Assembly (NCBI GenBank): GCA_048885925.1
Contig: JBHLLG010000009.1
Span: 16,051 to 80,050 of the forward strand
Length of the DNA: 64,000 bases
Source of the DNA: Candidatus Hermodarchaeota archaeon
GTDB taxonomy: Archaea > Asgardarchaeota > Lokiarchaeia > Sigyniarchaeales > SOKP01
Direction: 5' to 3'
The notes beneath the pieces were generated by a model that was given only the letters and a program-made list of their open reading frames with translations, made no database searches and was not told the DNA's origin. The position numbers and the translations under genes were made by a program. Position 1 is the stretch's first letter. The number at the start of each line of letters is the position of its first letter. This document shows positions 49,198-59,063 of this stretch, in pieces.

Positions 49198-49394
49198 TTA
49201 ATGAATCTCCCTTGCACTTAATTTGTTTAATAACAAAAATAGCTTACTTTTTTAGGTTTGACTTAAATTAAATTAATATTGAAGATCATATATTATTAAA
49301 GATAAATAAATTTATCTTAACTCAACCCCTTATATCTTAGAATAATTAATATAAGCTATCAACTTACTATATTTTTATGAATTTTGGATAATTA

Positions 49395-50174
49395 ATGAAA
49401 ATGAAAATGAGCCCTATAAAACTAGTTGGATTTGATTTGGATGATTGTCTGTTTGACTCAACGGGATTATCTGATAGAGCTAGAATCAAAGGATTGGATG
49501 CAATGATTAAATTAGGTTTAAAAATCGACAGAGACAAAGCAATTCAGATAATTAAAGAAATTGTTATAGAATACGGATCAAATTCTTCAAAACATTACAA
49601 TCTCTTTCTTCGAAGATTAAATCAGACGGATGAGAATATTGGATATATCTCTTATAATGATCGTTATAAATATATTGCTGCTGCAGTTATGGCATATCAT
49701 GAAGAGAAGATAAATTCAATAAAATTATATGATGATGTTGAAGATTCCTTAAAAAAATTGAAAAAGTTATCCTTAAAAACAGCAATTATCTCAGATGGAA
49801 TTCCAATAAAGCAATATGAAAAAATATTAAGACTTAAAATTGATAAATTAATAGATTTAGTAGTAATTTCTGATGAAATTGGGATTAAAAAACCTAATCC
49901 TGAACTATTCAGTTATGGTTTAAAGAAATTTGGAATTCAAGGACGAGAAACAATATACATTGGAGATCGAATTGATAAAGATATAATTCCAGCAAATATA
50001 AATAAAATTCATACTGTTTATCTACACAGAGGAGGAAAATATAATACTTATAAAAAAAATGAAAAAGCATATAAATCTTCTAAACCAGATTATGAGATTT
50101 CTAATTTAAATGAAATATTTTACATAATTGATGAGATCAACAATCTTGAAACTAAGAGTAAATTTATAAAATGA
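49395..50174 (+). CDS. HAD-family phosphatase
   Basis: FDLDDCL, ISDG, KPNP, IGDR...D. Confidence 0.92.
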   Translation: MKMKMSPIKLVGFDLDDCLFDSTGLSDRARIKGLDAMIKLGLKIDRDKAIQIIKEIVIEYGSNSSKHYNLFLRRLNQTDENIGYISYNDRYKYIAAAVMAYHEEKINSIKLYDDVEDSLKKLKKLSLKTAIISDGIPIKQYEKILRLKIDKLIDLVVISDEIGIKKPNPELFSYGLKKFGIQGRETIYIGDRIDKDIIPANINKIHTVYLHRGGKYNTYKKNEKAYKSSKPDYEISNLNEIFYIIDEINNLETKSKFIK

Positions 50175-50989
50175 GAGTAGCTTGTATTCAACCCCAGATC
50201 TTTCAAACTAGAAATAAATGTTATTTTGAAATAGAAAAGATTTTGTTAAATTTATTAGAGATACATAAAAATTGTGATATTATATGTTTACCTGAAAGAT
50301 GGGTGCCATTATCAAAGAGTTCAGAATCAAATTTCCAAAATCAAAGAGGAGATGATTATATTTTTATTAAAGGCTTAGCGAAAGAATACAATATAAACTT
50401 TATATCTGGAGCAATTTGGGAAAGAAGAAAAGAATCAAAAAAGCCAGTTATAACATGTTATTATTTTGATGATCATGGAGAAGAAGTTGGTCAACAGGAT
50501 AAAATTCACTTATATGGATATGAACGTGAAAATTTTGAGCCCGGTAAAGAATTGAAATTGTTTAGAATTGGTAAGTCTAATTATTTTGCAATTCTTATAT
50601 GTTTTGACATGGCTTTTTTAGAAACACCTAGATTGGCAGTTGAACATGGAGCAGACATTTTAATTTCCCCAACACAAATAAGGGAAGAAGGAATGGAAAA
50701 TTGGGATGTCTATCTAAAAGCACGTGCCTTAGAAAATCGAGTTCCAATTATAGCATGTAATGCTTTAGGTACTCAATTAAAGAGAAATTTTTTAGGAAAT
50801 AGTAAAATAATTTCGTTTCATGACGGTTATATATCTCCATCTAAATTAAAGATTGTAGAAGGTCCAAGAGGTTCAAGTGGATTCATTTTTGATGAAATAG
50901 ATTTAAATTTTCCGAGGAAATTAAGAGAACTTCGATTTAGAGAAAAAATTGATGAAAATAAAATAAATGTTAAAATAGTTAATAATTAA
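50171..50989 (+). CDS. carbon-nitrogen hydrolase (nitrilase family)
   Basis: LPE, KIHL, ICFD catalytic triad; ARALEN. Confidence 0.92.
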   Translation: MRVACIQPQIFQTRNKCYFEIEKILLNLLEIHKNCDIICLPERWVPLSKSSESNFQNQRGDDYIFIKGLAKEYNINFISGAIWERRKESKKPVITCYYFDDHGEEVGQQDKIHLYGYERENFEPGKELKLFRIGKSNYFAILICFDMAFLETPRLAVEHGADILISPTQIREEGMENWDVYLKARALENRVPIIACNALGTQLKRNFLGNSKIISFHDGYISPSKLKIVEGPRGSSGFIFDEIDLNFPRKLRELRFREKIDENKINVKIVNN

Positions 50990-51015
50990 GGAAAAAAAGA
51001 TTTCTATAAAAAAGT

Positions 51016-51972
51016 ATGAGTAAATTAAAAGAACTCAAAAAAATACTTTTCTGTGGGTTAGAAAGTGGAGGAAAGACATCGATCCTTTTATTATTAGATA
51101 GAAGATTCAGTCTCCTGTCAACAGTTAAGCCAACTATAAAAACAAAAAGAACATTCCATATAAATTCATTACTAGGCATAACAATTATACGTTGGGATTT
51201 AGGAGGTCAAAAAAGTTATCGAAAAATATATCTGGGCAATAAAAGTAAATATTTCACAGAAATGCAATCAATTTTTTATGTTATAGATATCCAGGCACCA
51301 GAAAAGTTTGAAGAAGCAGTAATTTTTCTTCAAGATATCATGAATATCACTTCAGAATCGCATCCGGATAACTTTCAATTATTAATTTTACTCCACAAAT
51401 ATGATCCTGATATTAAAAATAAGAAAAGAATTATTGAGAATATATCATATTTAGAAAACAAACTTTCATCTATTTTTAAAGAAGTTAAATTTTCTTTATA
51501 TAAAACCTCAATATATGATGAACCAAGTTTATTAAAAGCTTTCTCTGATGGTGTTTTTTACGCTACTCATAAATCTAAGATGTTTCAAACCTTATTAAAA
51601 GAATATATGGGTAAAACCTATAATAGCTCGACACTTCTTTTGGATCAGAATTGTTTTATAATTGCTAGTAGAAGCACAAATGAAGCTTATCAAAAGATTT
51701 GTGAGGCTATTGCTCCAAGGTTAACACAAGCATTAGAGAAACTTGAAGAATGGGATATAAATACAATTGATATTGTCACAAACATAGAATTTCCAGAAAA
51801 ACAATCAGAATTTCAAAAAGAAGGAATAATTTTTCTGAGAAAATTAGATATCGGAGACATTAGACTTTATTTGGTCGCACTTTGTTTAAATAAGAAAGTA
51901 AAAGTTAAATCCTATGAATTTTTGCCCGTATTGGCAGAAAATTTAAAAAAATTATTAGAAAGTTTTGATTAG
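51016..51972 (+). CDS. small GTPase (Rag/Arf-like) with C-terminal Roadblock/longin-like extension
   Basis: GLESGGKTS, PT, WDLGGQ, HKYD, TSI, plus about 130 aa helix-strand-strand-helix C-terminal domain. Confidence 0.85.
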   Translation: MSKLKELKKILFCGLESGGKTSILLLLDRRFSLLSTVKPTIKTKRTFHINSLLGITIIRWDLGGQKSYRKIYLGNKSKYFTEMQSIFYVIDIQAPEKFEEAVIFLQDIMNITSESHPDNFQLLILLHKYDPDIKNKKRIIENISYLENKLSSIFKEVKFSLYKTSIYDEPSLLKAFSDGVFYATHKSKMFQTLLKEYMGKTYNSSTLLLDQNCFIIASRSTNEAYQKICEAIAPRLTQALEKLEEWDINTIDIVTNIEFPEKQSEFQKEGIIFLRKLDIGDIRLYLVALCLNKKVKVKSYEFLPVLAENLKKLLESFD

Positions 51973-52187
51973 TTTTTACAAATGAATTTAGTCTATTTTC
52001 TTATTTTCGTAACACTATTTTTAATAATCTTAAGAATAAAAATACCTTAGTATTAACTTACTTTTTACTTCTTTAGCTTTCTTAGTATATAAAATAGTTG
52101 TATAATTTAATTTTACTTTTAATCACCTCTCTCTGGGTGGGGTTTAAATAGCTCTGTCTAAAATCAATTGAAATAAAGGTTAAAAAA

Positions 52188-53378
52188 ATGATAAAAAAAT
52201 TCAATATACATAAAGATTATGTAGGACCAAAAGCTCTATTTGATCCTAATTACATTCCACCTCGTTTATTATATAGAAAAAAAGAAGAAGATTCGCTTTT
52301 TTCAGTATTAAATGATTCAATTTCTGATGGATTTTATCTTAACGTATTATATGAAGGAATTAATGGGATTGGAAAGAAAGTAATAGTTAATAAAGTAATA
52401 AACGATCTTTTGAATCGAAATGAAGATATCCATAAAATTAATAAAATTTGTGTTGACTGTAGAGAAAAAAAAATTGAAGAATTAATTTTTTCATTACTAA
52501 GTGAGTTGAATAATCAAACAAATCTTAAAATCGATTTTAGATTTTTATTGAATTCAGATATTCACACTCTATGGAATACATTTAAGTTTATTTGTAACAA
52601 AACTGATTCTACTTTATTTATTGTATTTAATAATATAGAATATTTAGAACCAGAAATATTTAATAAGTTTTTACAGTTTGGAAAAGAGTCAAAAATAAAT
52701 CTTATTTCTACAGTAAATAAAATTCTACGACCAGGAACATTGGATTTACTTTCTGAATTTGATTTTAAAAATAAATTGAACCTTTTTTCTTATCATGAAC
52801 TTTATTCCATTCTTAAACAAAGAGTTCTATTAAGTTTTTCACGAGAAATTGATAAAGATTTAGTTAAATATATAACAGATTTAGTTTGTGAACAATATGT
52901 ATCTGTTCCTGGAAAGGGTATTGAAATTCTCAGAGATTTATACCCAATATTAAAAAGTGATAATTTATATAGCAATATTGAATTATTAGAGATTTCTCAA
53001 AACCTTTTTGATTCATTTCAGATTTCAGATGAATTCAGTATGTTAAATTATCTTTCTGAAGAAGATATATTAACTGTTATTTTCTTAGATAACCTATCAA
53101 ATTTTTTCATAAGTAAAAGAAATTTTTATATTTCTGTAAAAGAATTAGAAGAACTCTATGAAATTTCCTGTGAAATGTTAGAATATGAAAAGAATTTTAA
53201 CGAATTCCACAAATTAATAGAAACTTTGTTAAATATTGGAATTATAAAACCATCAAAAAGAAGATCTCACAAACTTAACGTTTATAATAGATTAAGCAAT
53301 CATAACTTTGAATTATTTTTCATTTTACTAAACCCAAAACAAATTAAAATTATAATTGATACGATTTTTAACCAATAG
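52188..53378 (+). CDS. Orc1/Cdc6-like AAA+ protein with degenerate Walker motifs
   Basis: FDPNYIPPRL.YR..E start, GINGIGKK, VDC, IVFNNIE, Y...EL..IL..R, C-terminal wH. Confidence 0.8.
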   Translation: MIKKFNIHKDYVGPKALFDPNYIPPRLLYRKKEEDSLFSVLNDSISDGFYLNVLYEGINGIGKKVIVNKVINDLLNRNEDIHKINKICVDCREKKIEELIFSLLSELNNQTNLKIDFRFLLNSDIHTLWNTFKFICNKTDSTLFIVFNNIEYLEPEIFNKFLQFGKESKINLISTVNKILRPGTLDLLSEFDFKNKLNLFSYHELYSILKQRVLLSFSREIDKDLVKYITDLVCEQYVSVPGKGIEILRDLYPILKSDNLYSNIELLEISQNLFDSFQISDEFSMLNYLSEEDILTVIFLDNLSNFFISKRNFYISVKELEELYEISCEMLEYEKNFNEFHKLIETLLNIGIIKPSKRRSHKLNVYNRLSNHNFELFFILLNPKQIKIIIDTIFNQ

Positions 53379-53553
53379 CAGAAAAAATTAAGATTTCATC
53401 TAATTATTTTCTGATTCAATAGAAAAATTCAAGTGAAAACTATTTCAAAAATGTAAATATGGAAAACAGATTTTTTTAATAAACTATATTATATATTTAT
53501 AGGTGTAATCACACTATTTTTTTAATAATAACAAGTAGAAATGGAGATTAATC

Positions 53554-56500
53554 TTGACTTACATAAAAAAAATCTCTATGAGTGGTTTTAAATCGTTTGG
53601 AGATAGAACTGTTACAATTCGTCTTTCAAGTGGATTTACATGCATTGTAGGACCTAATGGTGCAGGAAAGTCAAATATTATTGATGCTCTATGTTTTTCT
53701 TTAGGCAGATTAAGTAAAAAAACAATGAGGGCTAAGAGTTTAGAAGATTTGATTTTCGCTGGCTCACGAGGAAAAAATCCGTCACAAAGAGCATCTGTTA
53801 CCTTATACTTTGATAACTCTGAAAATATTTTTCCAGGAGCTCCAGCAGATTTTGAAATTACACGTACGATCAAGAGAGGTGGTGGCGGAGGATATAAAAT
53901 GAATGGAAAAAAAGTCACTCGTCAACAAATTCTAAATGCATTAGCAGCAGCTAATATTGATCCAGATGGTAGTAATCAATTTGTCCTTCAAGGAAAAATA
54001 GTTGAATTGACCCATATGAATTCAGAAGAACGAAGGAGATTTATTGAAGAATTAATAGGACTTCAAAGATATGATGAAATGAAAGATGCCACATTGAAAG
54101 AGTTAGAAAAAGCAGAAAGAGATTTAGGACAATTTGAAGCTATCTTCAAGGAAGTATCTGCTCAATTGAAAAAAGTTGAAAAAGAGAAGAATGACGCATT
54201 AGCTTGGAAAGAATTTGATGAAAAAATAAATTTTTTAAATTCACAGTTGATTGCATTAAAAATTTCTCAATTAAGAGCAGAGGAGGATGAATTAGAACGT
54301 AAGATCGAAAACTCCTTAAAAATTGTTGAAGAACTACAAGAAAAAATAAATCGACAAGAAGATGTATTAAAACAAGAATCATTAGTTATGGATAACATTC
54401 AAAAAACCATTACAGATAAAGAAAAGGAAAGGGAGGAAATAACTGAAAAAATAACACAAATTAAAACCCAAATATCTTCAAGTCAAACTACATTAGATTT
54501 AGCAAAAAAGTCAATTGATAAATTAACTCAAGAAATTGAAGATCTGGAAAGTAAACAAATGGTACTTGAGGAGGGTCAAACATTTGATTCAATGATAGAG
54601 AGTTTATCAAAAGAAATTTTAGAGCATGAGAATCAAATAGAAGAAGCTAAAAATGAAATTGAAAAACGACAGCAAAATCAAGCTGAATTAGATGGAAAAA
54701 TAAAAAATGCGGAGGATGAAAAATCTCAATTTAAATCTGAAATTTCCAAGATTCAACAAAAAATTTCATCAAATAATGCACAAATTAAGATGCTTAGAGG
54801 AACAATTAAAAAGAATGAAGAAAAGAGGGAAAAATTACAAAATGAATTAGAAAAATTGAAAAAAGATGCTGAGAGTATTGATGAAGCCATTGAACTTACT
54901 AAAAATGCAGAATTGGAAATTAGAAAAAAAATAAACGATATAAACTCTAAAATTTCTAAAGAAAATCAAAATCAAAAAGATTTAGAAAATAAAATAAATA
55001 ATCTTCAATCTGATAAATATCAATTGAATTCTAAATTAACAGATTTTCAATCTTCCTTATCATCTTTAACTACTGAAATTAAAATGAATCAAGACAGTAT
55101 ACAAGAATTAAATGATAAGAAAATTTCTATTGAGAAAAAAATAACGGAACTAAGTAAGGGTAGAGACGCTGAAAAGGCTGTAAAGGAATTATTAAAAGAA
55201 AATGATAATATTAATAAAGAACTAGGTCAATTGAGGGCTCAATTAAAGCAAGAAAATTCATCTTTTAGGAAAAATGAGCAAGATTTAGAATTAATGAACA
55301 TGAAGAAATATTCTAATGATTCTGAAATTAATGATAACAATGCAAAGATTGATAATATCAATACAGAATTAAAAATCCTTACAAAAGAATTAAAAAAATT
55401 AGATAGGGAAAAGAATAACTTAGATCTACAAGTTAATTCCTTAGAACAAAACCTTACAACTATTAAAAATGAAACTGAAAAATTTGAAAACAAAAAAGAA
55501 AACGTTCAAAGACGTTTAGAAGAGCTTTCACAAGAAAGAGAAAATATTTCTAAAAAAATAGAGTTAACTGAAGAAGAATATGAGAAAAATACAAAAGATA
55601 TAACCGGAATTCTACAGATATTAAACATGTTAACGCAAAATATTAACATATCAGTTGAATCTATAAAAGCTAATATACAACAGTCAAATGCAGAAGCAAT
55701 TGAATCATCTGCAGATGATTTCAAAAAATTTATTCTTGACATATTCGATATTATAAAAACAGTTGAGGATATTGGAACTGATGAGGAAAAACATGCTGAA
55801 ATGACAGAAATGATAAACTCTATTATGAAAACTTTAAAAATGTTTACAGATAATGCAGACGAAACAATAAATCAACTGATAGATAAAGTTAAAGAATCTG
55901 CAGATGTTGAGGTACAAAGTTCAACAGCTACATTCGATAGTTTTGTTCAGGATTTAATGGAAATTCTTGAAAATGTGTACCTCTCTTTACGAAAACTTAC
56001 TATGTCTAAAAGTCAAGAATTATATAAACAATTGGAAGAGATCTCACAAAATATTGAATCCCAAACAAGTGATTATAATAAAATTGGAAAACAATTATCC
56101 GAAAGTAAAATTCAAACTGACCATTATACAGAGAATCTTTCATCATATAAAAAAAGAATTGAAGAAATTAATAAAAGAAACGCCGATTTAAATGATAGAA
56201 TTAAAAAAGCTGAGAAAGAAATTAATGAAAGAGAGAAAATTATAGATAATAGACAAGTAGAATCAACTAATCTTGAAAATGATATAATTAAACTCAAAGA
56301 ACTTAAGGATACCTATTGGGAAAAAATTTCTATGATACAAGATGATATTGATATCAAACAAAAAGAACAGGAAAGTTTAAGAGAAAAATTACAGGAATTG
56401 CATGGGATTCGAAATTTATTTGATAATATTACGGAAATTGATGAAAGTGTAGAAAAAATAAAGAATGTTATAGAAGAAAAGAAAAATTTAATAATAAACA

Positions 56501-58005
56501 CAGAAGAAAGTATTAAAAATATTCAAACTGAGCAAAATTCATTAGAAAAAAGTATTAACGAGCTTATTTTACAAAAAGAGAATTTTTGGGAAATTACAGA
56601 GGATTTACGAAAACAAATGGACGAAGAAAATAAAACGCTTGAAGATACAATGGATCGTCTAAGAGCACTTGAAAACGTAATGAGGTTAATTACTTCCATA
56701 GAGGATATTAAAAAAGAGAATGTTGATGCAAATAATAAAATAGAAACTTGCCAAAATGATATTAAAGGATTAAATTCTCAAGTTGAAGAAATTCAAAAGG
56801 ATGTAGGTCAAAAGGAACAAATAATAGATTCTCTAAGAAATGAAAAAACTGAAGAACTTGAGTCACAAAAAGCAGCTCAGAAAAAATTAAACAAATTAAA
56901 TAAAGATTTACAAAAATCTCAAGGAAAGTTAAATGAATTACATAAAAATAAGGAAAGAGAACAAAAAATTATAGGATTAAAGCAAGATATTAAGGACACT
57001 GAAGAACAGGTAGATTCAATATCAAAAGAATTAGTGTCTTTTAAAGAAGACTTGGATAATGAAAACGTTAAAAAACAAGAAAAACAAAAGGAGATTGATG
57101 AATATATTCAAGAAAAAGATGAATCATGGAAAAAACAAAAACAATATCAGAAGATATTAAATGATTTAAAATCAGATCTTTCGATGGAAAACTCAAAAAT
57201 AAATAATTTTGAATCAAAAAAGTTAATGTGTACTGACCAAATTGAGACTTTATTTCACCGATCTAAAGAATATGGTTCATTACCTCCTGTAACTGATGAT
57301 CTTTCAGAACCAGAATTGCAATCAGATATCGTAGAATTGACAAATAAAAAAAAGGCTCTTGAACCAGTTAACTTAAAAGCAATCGAACAATATGACACAG
57401 TTAAAGAAAGATTTGATGAAATTGATATGAGACGTCAAACAATTCAACGAGAAAGAAAATCAATTTTAGATGCAATTGATAAAATTGAACTAGAAAAAAC
57501 AAGAACATTCATGAAAGCATACCATGAGATAAATAGAGAGTTTAGTAGGATTTTTCAAAAACTTAGCCCTGGTGGTTCAGCAAAAATGATTCTAGATCGA
57601 CCAGACAAGCCATTTGAAGGAGGTATAAGTATAGAAGCAAGACCAAGAGGTAAAAAAATTAGTTCATTAGAAATATTAAGTGGTGGTGAAAAGACATTAG
57701 TAGCATTATCTTTTATTTTTGCAGTTCAAGAATTTTATCCTGCTCCATTTTATGTAATGGATGAGATAGATGCTGCTCTAGATGGACCTAATGTGCATCG
57801 TGTTTCAATAGTTATCAAAGAATTTGCTTCACAGGCTCAATTTATGGTGATCAGTCATAGGGAAGAAAATATTGTTAATGCGGATCGTATATATGGAGTC
57901 TCTATGCAACAAAGTGGAATAACAGACATTTTCAGTGTTGATTTGGAAGAAGAAGCCAAAAGACTCCTTGAACTTGAAGATATTGAACCAACTATAACTG
58001 AGTGA
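53554..58005 (+). CDS. smc: SMC ATPase with non-canonical hinge region
   Basis: GFKSF, GPNGAGKSN, LQG Q-loop, LEPVN.KA, LSGGEK, MDEIDAALD, ISH; followed by scpA and scpB. Confidence 0.95.
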   Translation: MTYIKKISMSGFKSFGDRTVTIRLSSGFTCIVGPNGAGKSNIIDALCFSLGRLSKKTMRAKSLEDLIFAGSRGKNPSQRASVTLYFDNSENIFPGAPADFEITRTIKRGGGGGYKMNGKKVTRQQILNALAAANIDPDGSNQFVLQGKIVELTHMNSEERRRFIEELIGLQRYDEMKDATLKELEKAERDLGQFEAIFKEVSAQLKKVEKEKNDALAWKEFDEKINFLNSQLIALKISQLRAEEDELERKIENSLKIVEELQEKINRQEDVLKQESLVMDNIQKTITDKEKEREEITEKITQIKTQISSSQTTLDLAKKSIDKLTQEIEDLESKQMVLEEGQTFDSMIESLSKEILEHENQIEEAKNEIEKRQQNQAELDGKIKNAEDEKSQFKSEISKIQQKISSNNAQIKMLRGTIKKNEEKREKLQNELEKLKKDAESIDEAIELTKNAELEIRKKINDINSKISKENQNQKDLENKINNLQSDKYQLNSKLTDFQSSLSSLTTEIKMNQDSIQELNDKKISIEKKITELSKGRDAEKAVKELLKENDNINKELGQLRAQLKQENSSFRKNEQDLELMNMKKYSNDSEINDNNAKIDNINTELKILTKELKKLDREKNNLDLQVNSLEQNLTTIKNETEKFENKKENVQRRLEELSQERENISKKIELTEEEYEKNTKDITGILQILNMLTQNINISVESIKANIQQSNAEAIESSADDFKKFILDIFDIIKTVEDIGTDEEKHAEMTEMINSIMKTLKMFTDNADETINQLIDKVKESADVEVQSSTATFDSFVQDLMEILENVYLSLRKLTMSKSQELYKQLEEISQNIESQTSDYNKIGKQLSESKIQTDHYTENLSSYKKRIEEINKRNADLNDRIKKAEKEINEREKIIDNRQVESTNLENDIIKLKELKDTYWEKISMIQDDIDIKQKEQESLREKLQELHGIRNLFDNITEIDESVEKIKNVIEEKKNLIINTEESIKNIQTEQNSLEKSINELILQKENFWEITEDLRKQMDEENKTLEDTMDRLRALENVMRLITSIEDIKKENVDANNKIETCQNDIKGLNSQVEEIQKDVGQKEQIIDSLRNEKTEELESQKAAQKKLNKLNKDLQKSQGKLNELHKNKEREQKIIGLKQDIKDTEEQVDSISKELVSFKEDLDNENVKKQEKQKEIDEYIQEKDESWKKQKQYQKILNDLKSDLSMENSKINNFESKKLMCTDQIETLFHRSKEYGSLPPVTDDLSEPELQSDIVELTNKKKALEPVNLKAIEQYDTVKERFDEIDMRRQTIQRERKSILDAIDKIELEKTRTFMKAYHEINREFSRIFQKLSPGGSAKMILDRPDKPFEGGISIEARPRGKKISSLEILSGGEKTLVALSFIFAVQEFYPAPFYVMDEIDAALDGPNVHRVSIVIKEFASQAQFMVISHREENIVNADRIYGVSMQQSGITDIFSVDLEEEAKRLLELEDIEPTITE

Positions 58006-58020
58006 AATAGGTGAGTAAAA

Positions 58021-59022
58021 ATTTCAAATAATCAACAAAATTCTCAAAAAAAATATAATTTCAATGAATGGACTGTAAAAGAATTAAGAGAATTCGCCTC
58101 AAAAAATAATATAAGTATTCCTTCAAAATCGAAGAAAAAAGAGATTATAGAATTACTTCAAAATATAGTATCTAATCCTGAATTTGTAGATAGAACTCAA
58201 GAAATTGAAGAACTAAATGTAGAATTAGTTGCTGAATTTGATGAGGAGGAAGATCTTGCTTTATTGAGAAAAGAAAAGGCGGAATTAAAGTTTTGGCAAA
58301 AACCTCCATTTTCAAGCCTATTGGATACTGAAATCGCAAAAGAATCAGAAATCGCATTTTATGATTTATCAAAATTGGTTGATGAATTTTTTGACAAGAT
58401 GCTTCATGAAGAATTGATCAATTATAAGATTTCTGGAATAGCGCTTAAAACTTCAGCAACTTTGCATCATTATAAAATTTCCAGTATAATAAAAGAAGAG
58501 GAAGAAATCCAAAAAAGAGAAGAATTAGAAAAATTCAGACAAAGACATTCTAGATCAATTCCAAAAGCATTACCTCAACCAATTTCACCTAAAATGCAAA
58601 TAGCTACTAAAGATGAATTATTTGATGCAATGAGATCTGCTATTATTGAAGTTATGCAAAATAAAGAAAAATTAAGAAGAAAAAGAATGAGAAGAGAAGA
58701 ACTTAAACAACAAATGATTCAAATGAAATCTAAAGCACAATTGCCTAAAGAACTTTTAAAACATATTAGCGGAAGGGAACAAACTGTAGAAGAATTACAT
58801 GAATCATGGTATAATAGAATAAAAGCTTCAATTAATTTAAATAATAAAAATATGAGTTTTTATGATTTAGCATCAATTATAAAAGATGGAGAAAAAAGTA
58901 GTTTAGGACGTAAATTTGCATTTGTAAGATTATTTTTAGCTTTGATGTTTTTATCTACTGGAAATAGATTGAATCTATCGCAAGATGAAGATTTTCAAAA
59001 TATTTCAATTAATTTAAAATAA
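58021..59022 (+). CDS. scpA: kleisin ScpA with N-terminal HeH/SAP/Rho_N-like extension
   Basis: DLSKLVDEF..SGIAL..SA.L...K and C-terminal FLALMFL..G...L.Q...F..I.I; frame open from 58015 and includes WTVKELREFA...KKEIIELL. Confidence 0.85.
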   Translation: MSNNQQNSQKKYNFNEWTVKELREFASKNNISIPSKSKKKEIIELLQNIVSNPEFVDRTQEIEELNVELVAEFDEEEDLALLRKEKAELKFWQKPPFSSLLDTEIAKESEIAFYDLSKLVDEFFDKMLHEELINYKISGIALKTSATLHHYKISSIIKEEEEIQKREELEKFRQRHSRSIPKALPQPISPKMQIATKDELFDAMRSAIIEVMQNKEKLRRKRMRREELKQQMIQMKSKAQLPKELLKHISGREQTVEELHESWYNRIKASINLNNKNMSFYDLASIIKDGEKSSLGRKFAFVRLFLALMFLSTGNRLNLSQDEDFQNISINLK

Positions 59023-59063
59023 AAATTAAATTTTTTATACTTAATACTAAATTTGGTGATTCT

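Noticed and set aside
52124-52142. GC-rich patch CACCTCTCTCTGGGTGGGG upstream of the cdc6-like gene
   Set aside because: Only a weak 4-5 bp stem next to a TATA-like TTTAAATA; not enough to call a feature.
53415-53470. ORB-like TTCAAGTGAAAAC downstream of the cdc6-like gene (possible origin)
   Set aside because: One imperfect match, no G-string, no repeated or inverted copies, and a short AT-rich spacer.
58003-58014. SMC and ScpA share a frame separated only by two TGA codons, suggesting a readthrough or selenocysteine fusion
   Set aside because: It would need two readthrough events, and the second TGA is explained as part of the AGGTGA RBS.
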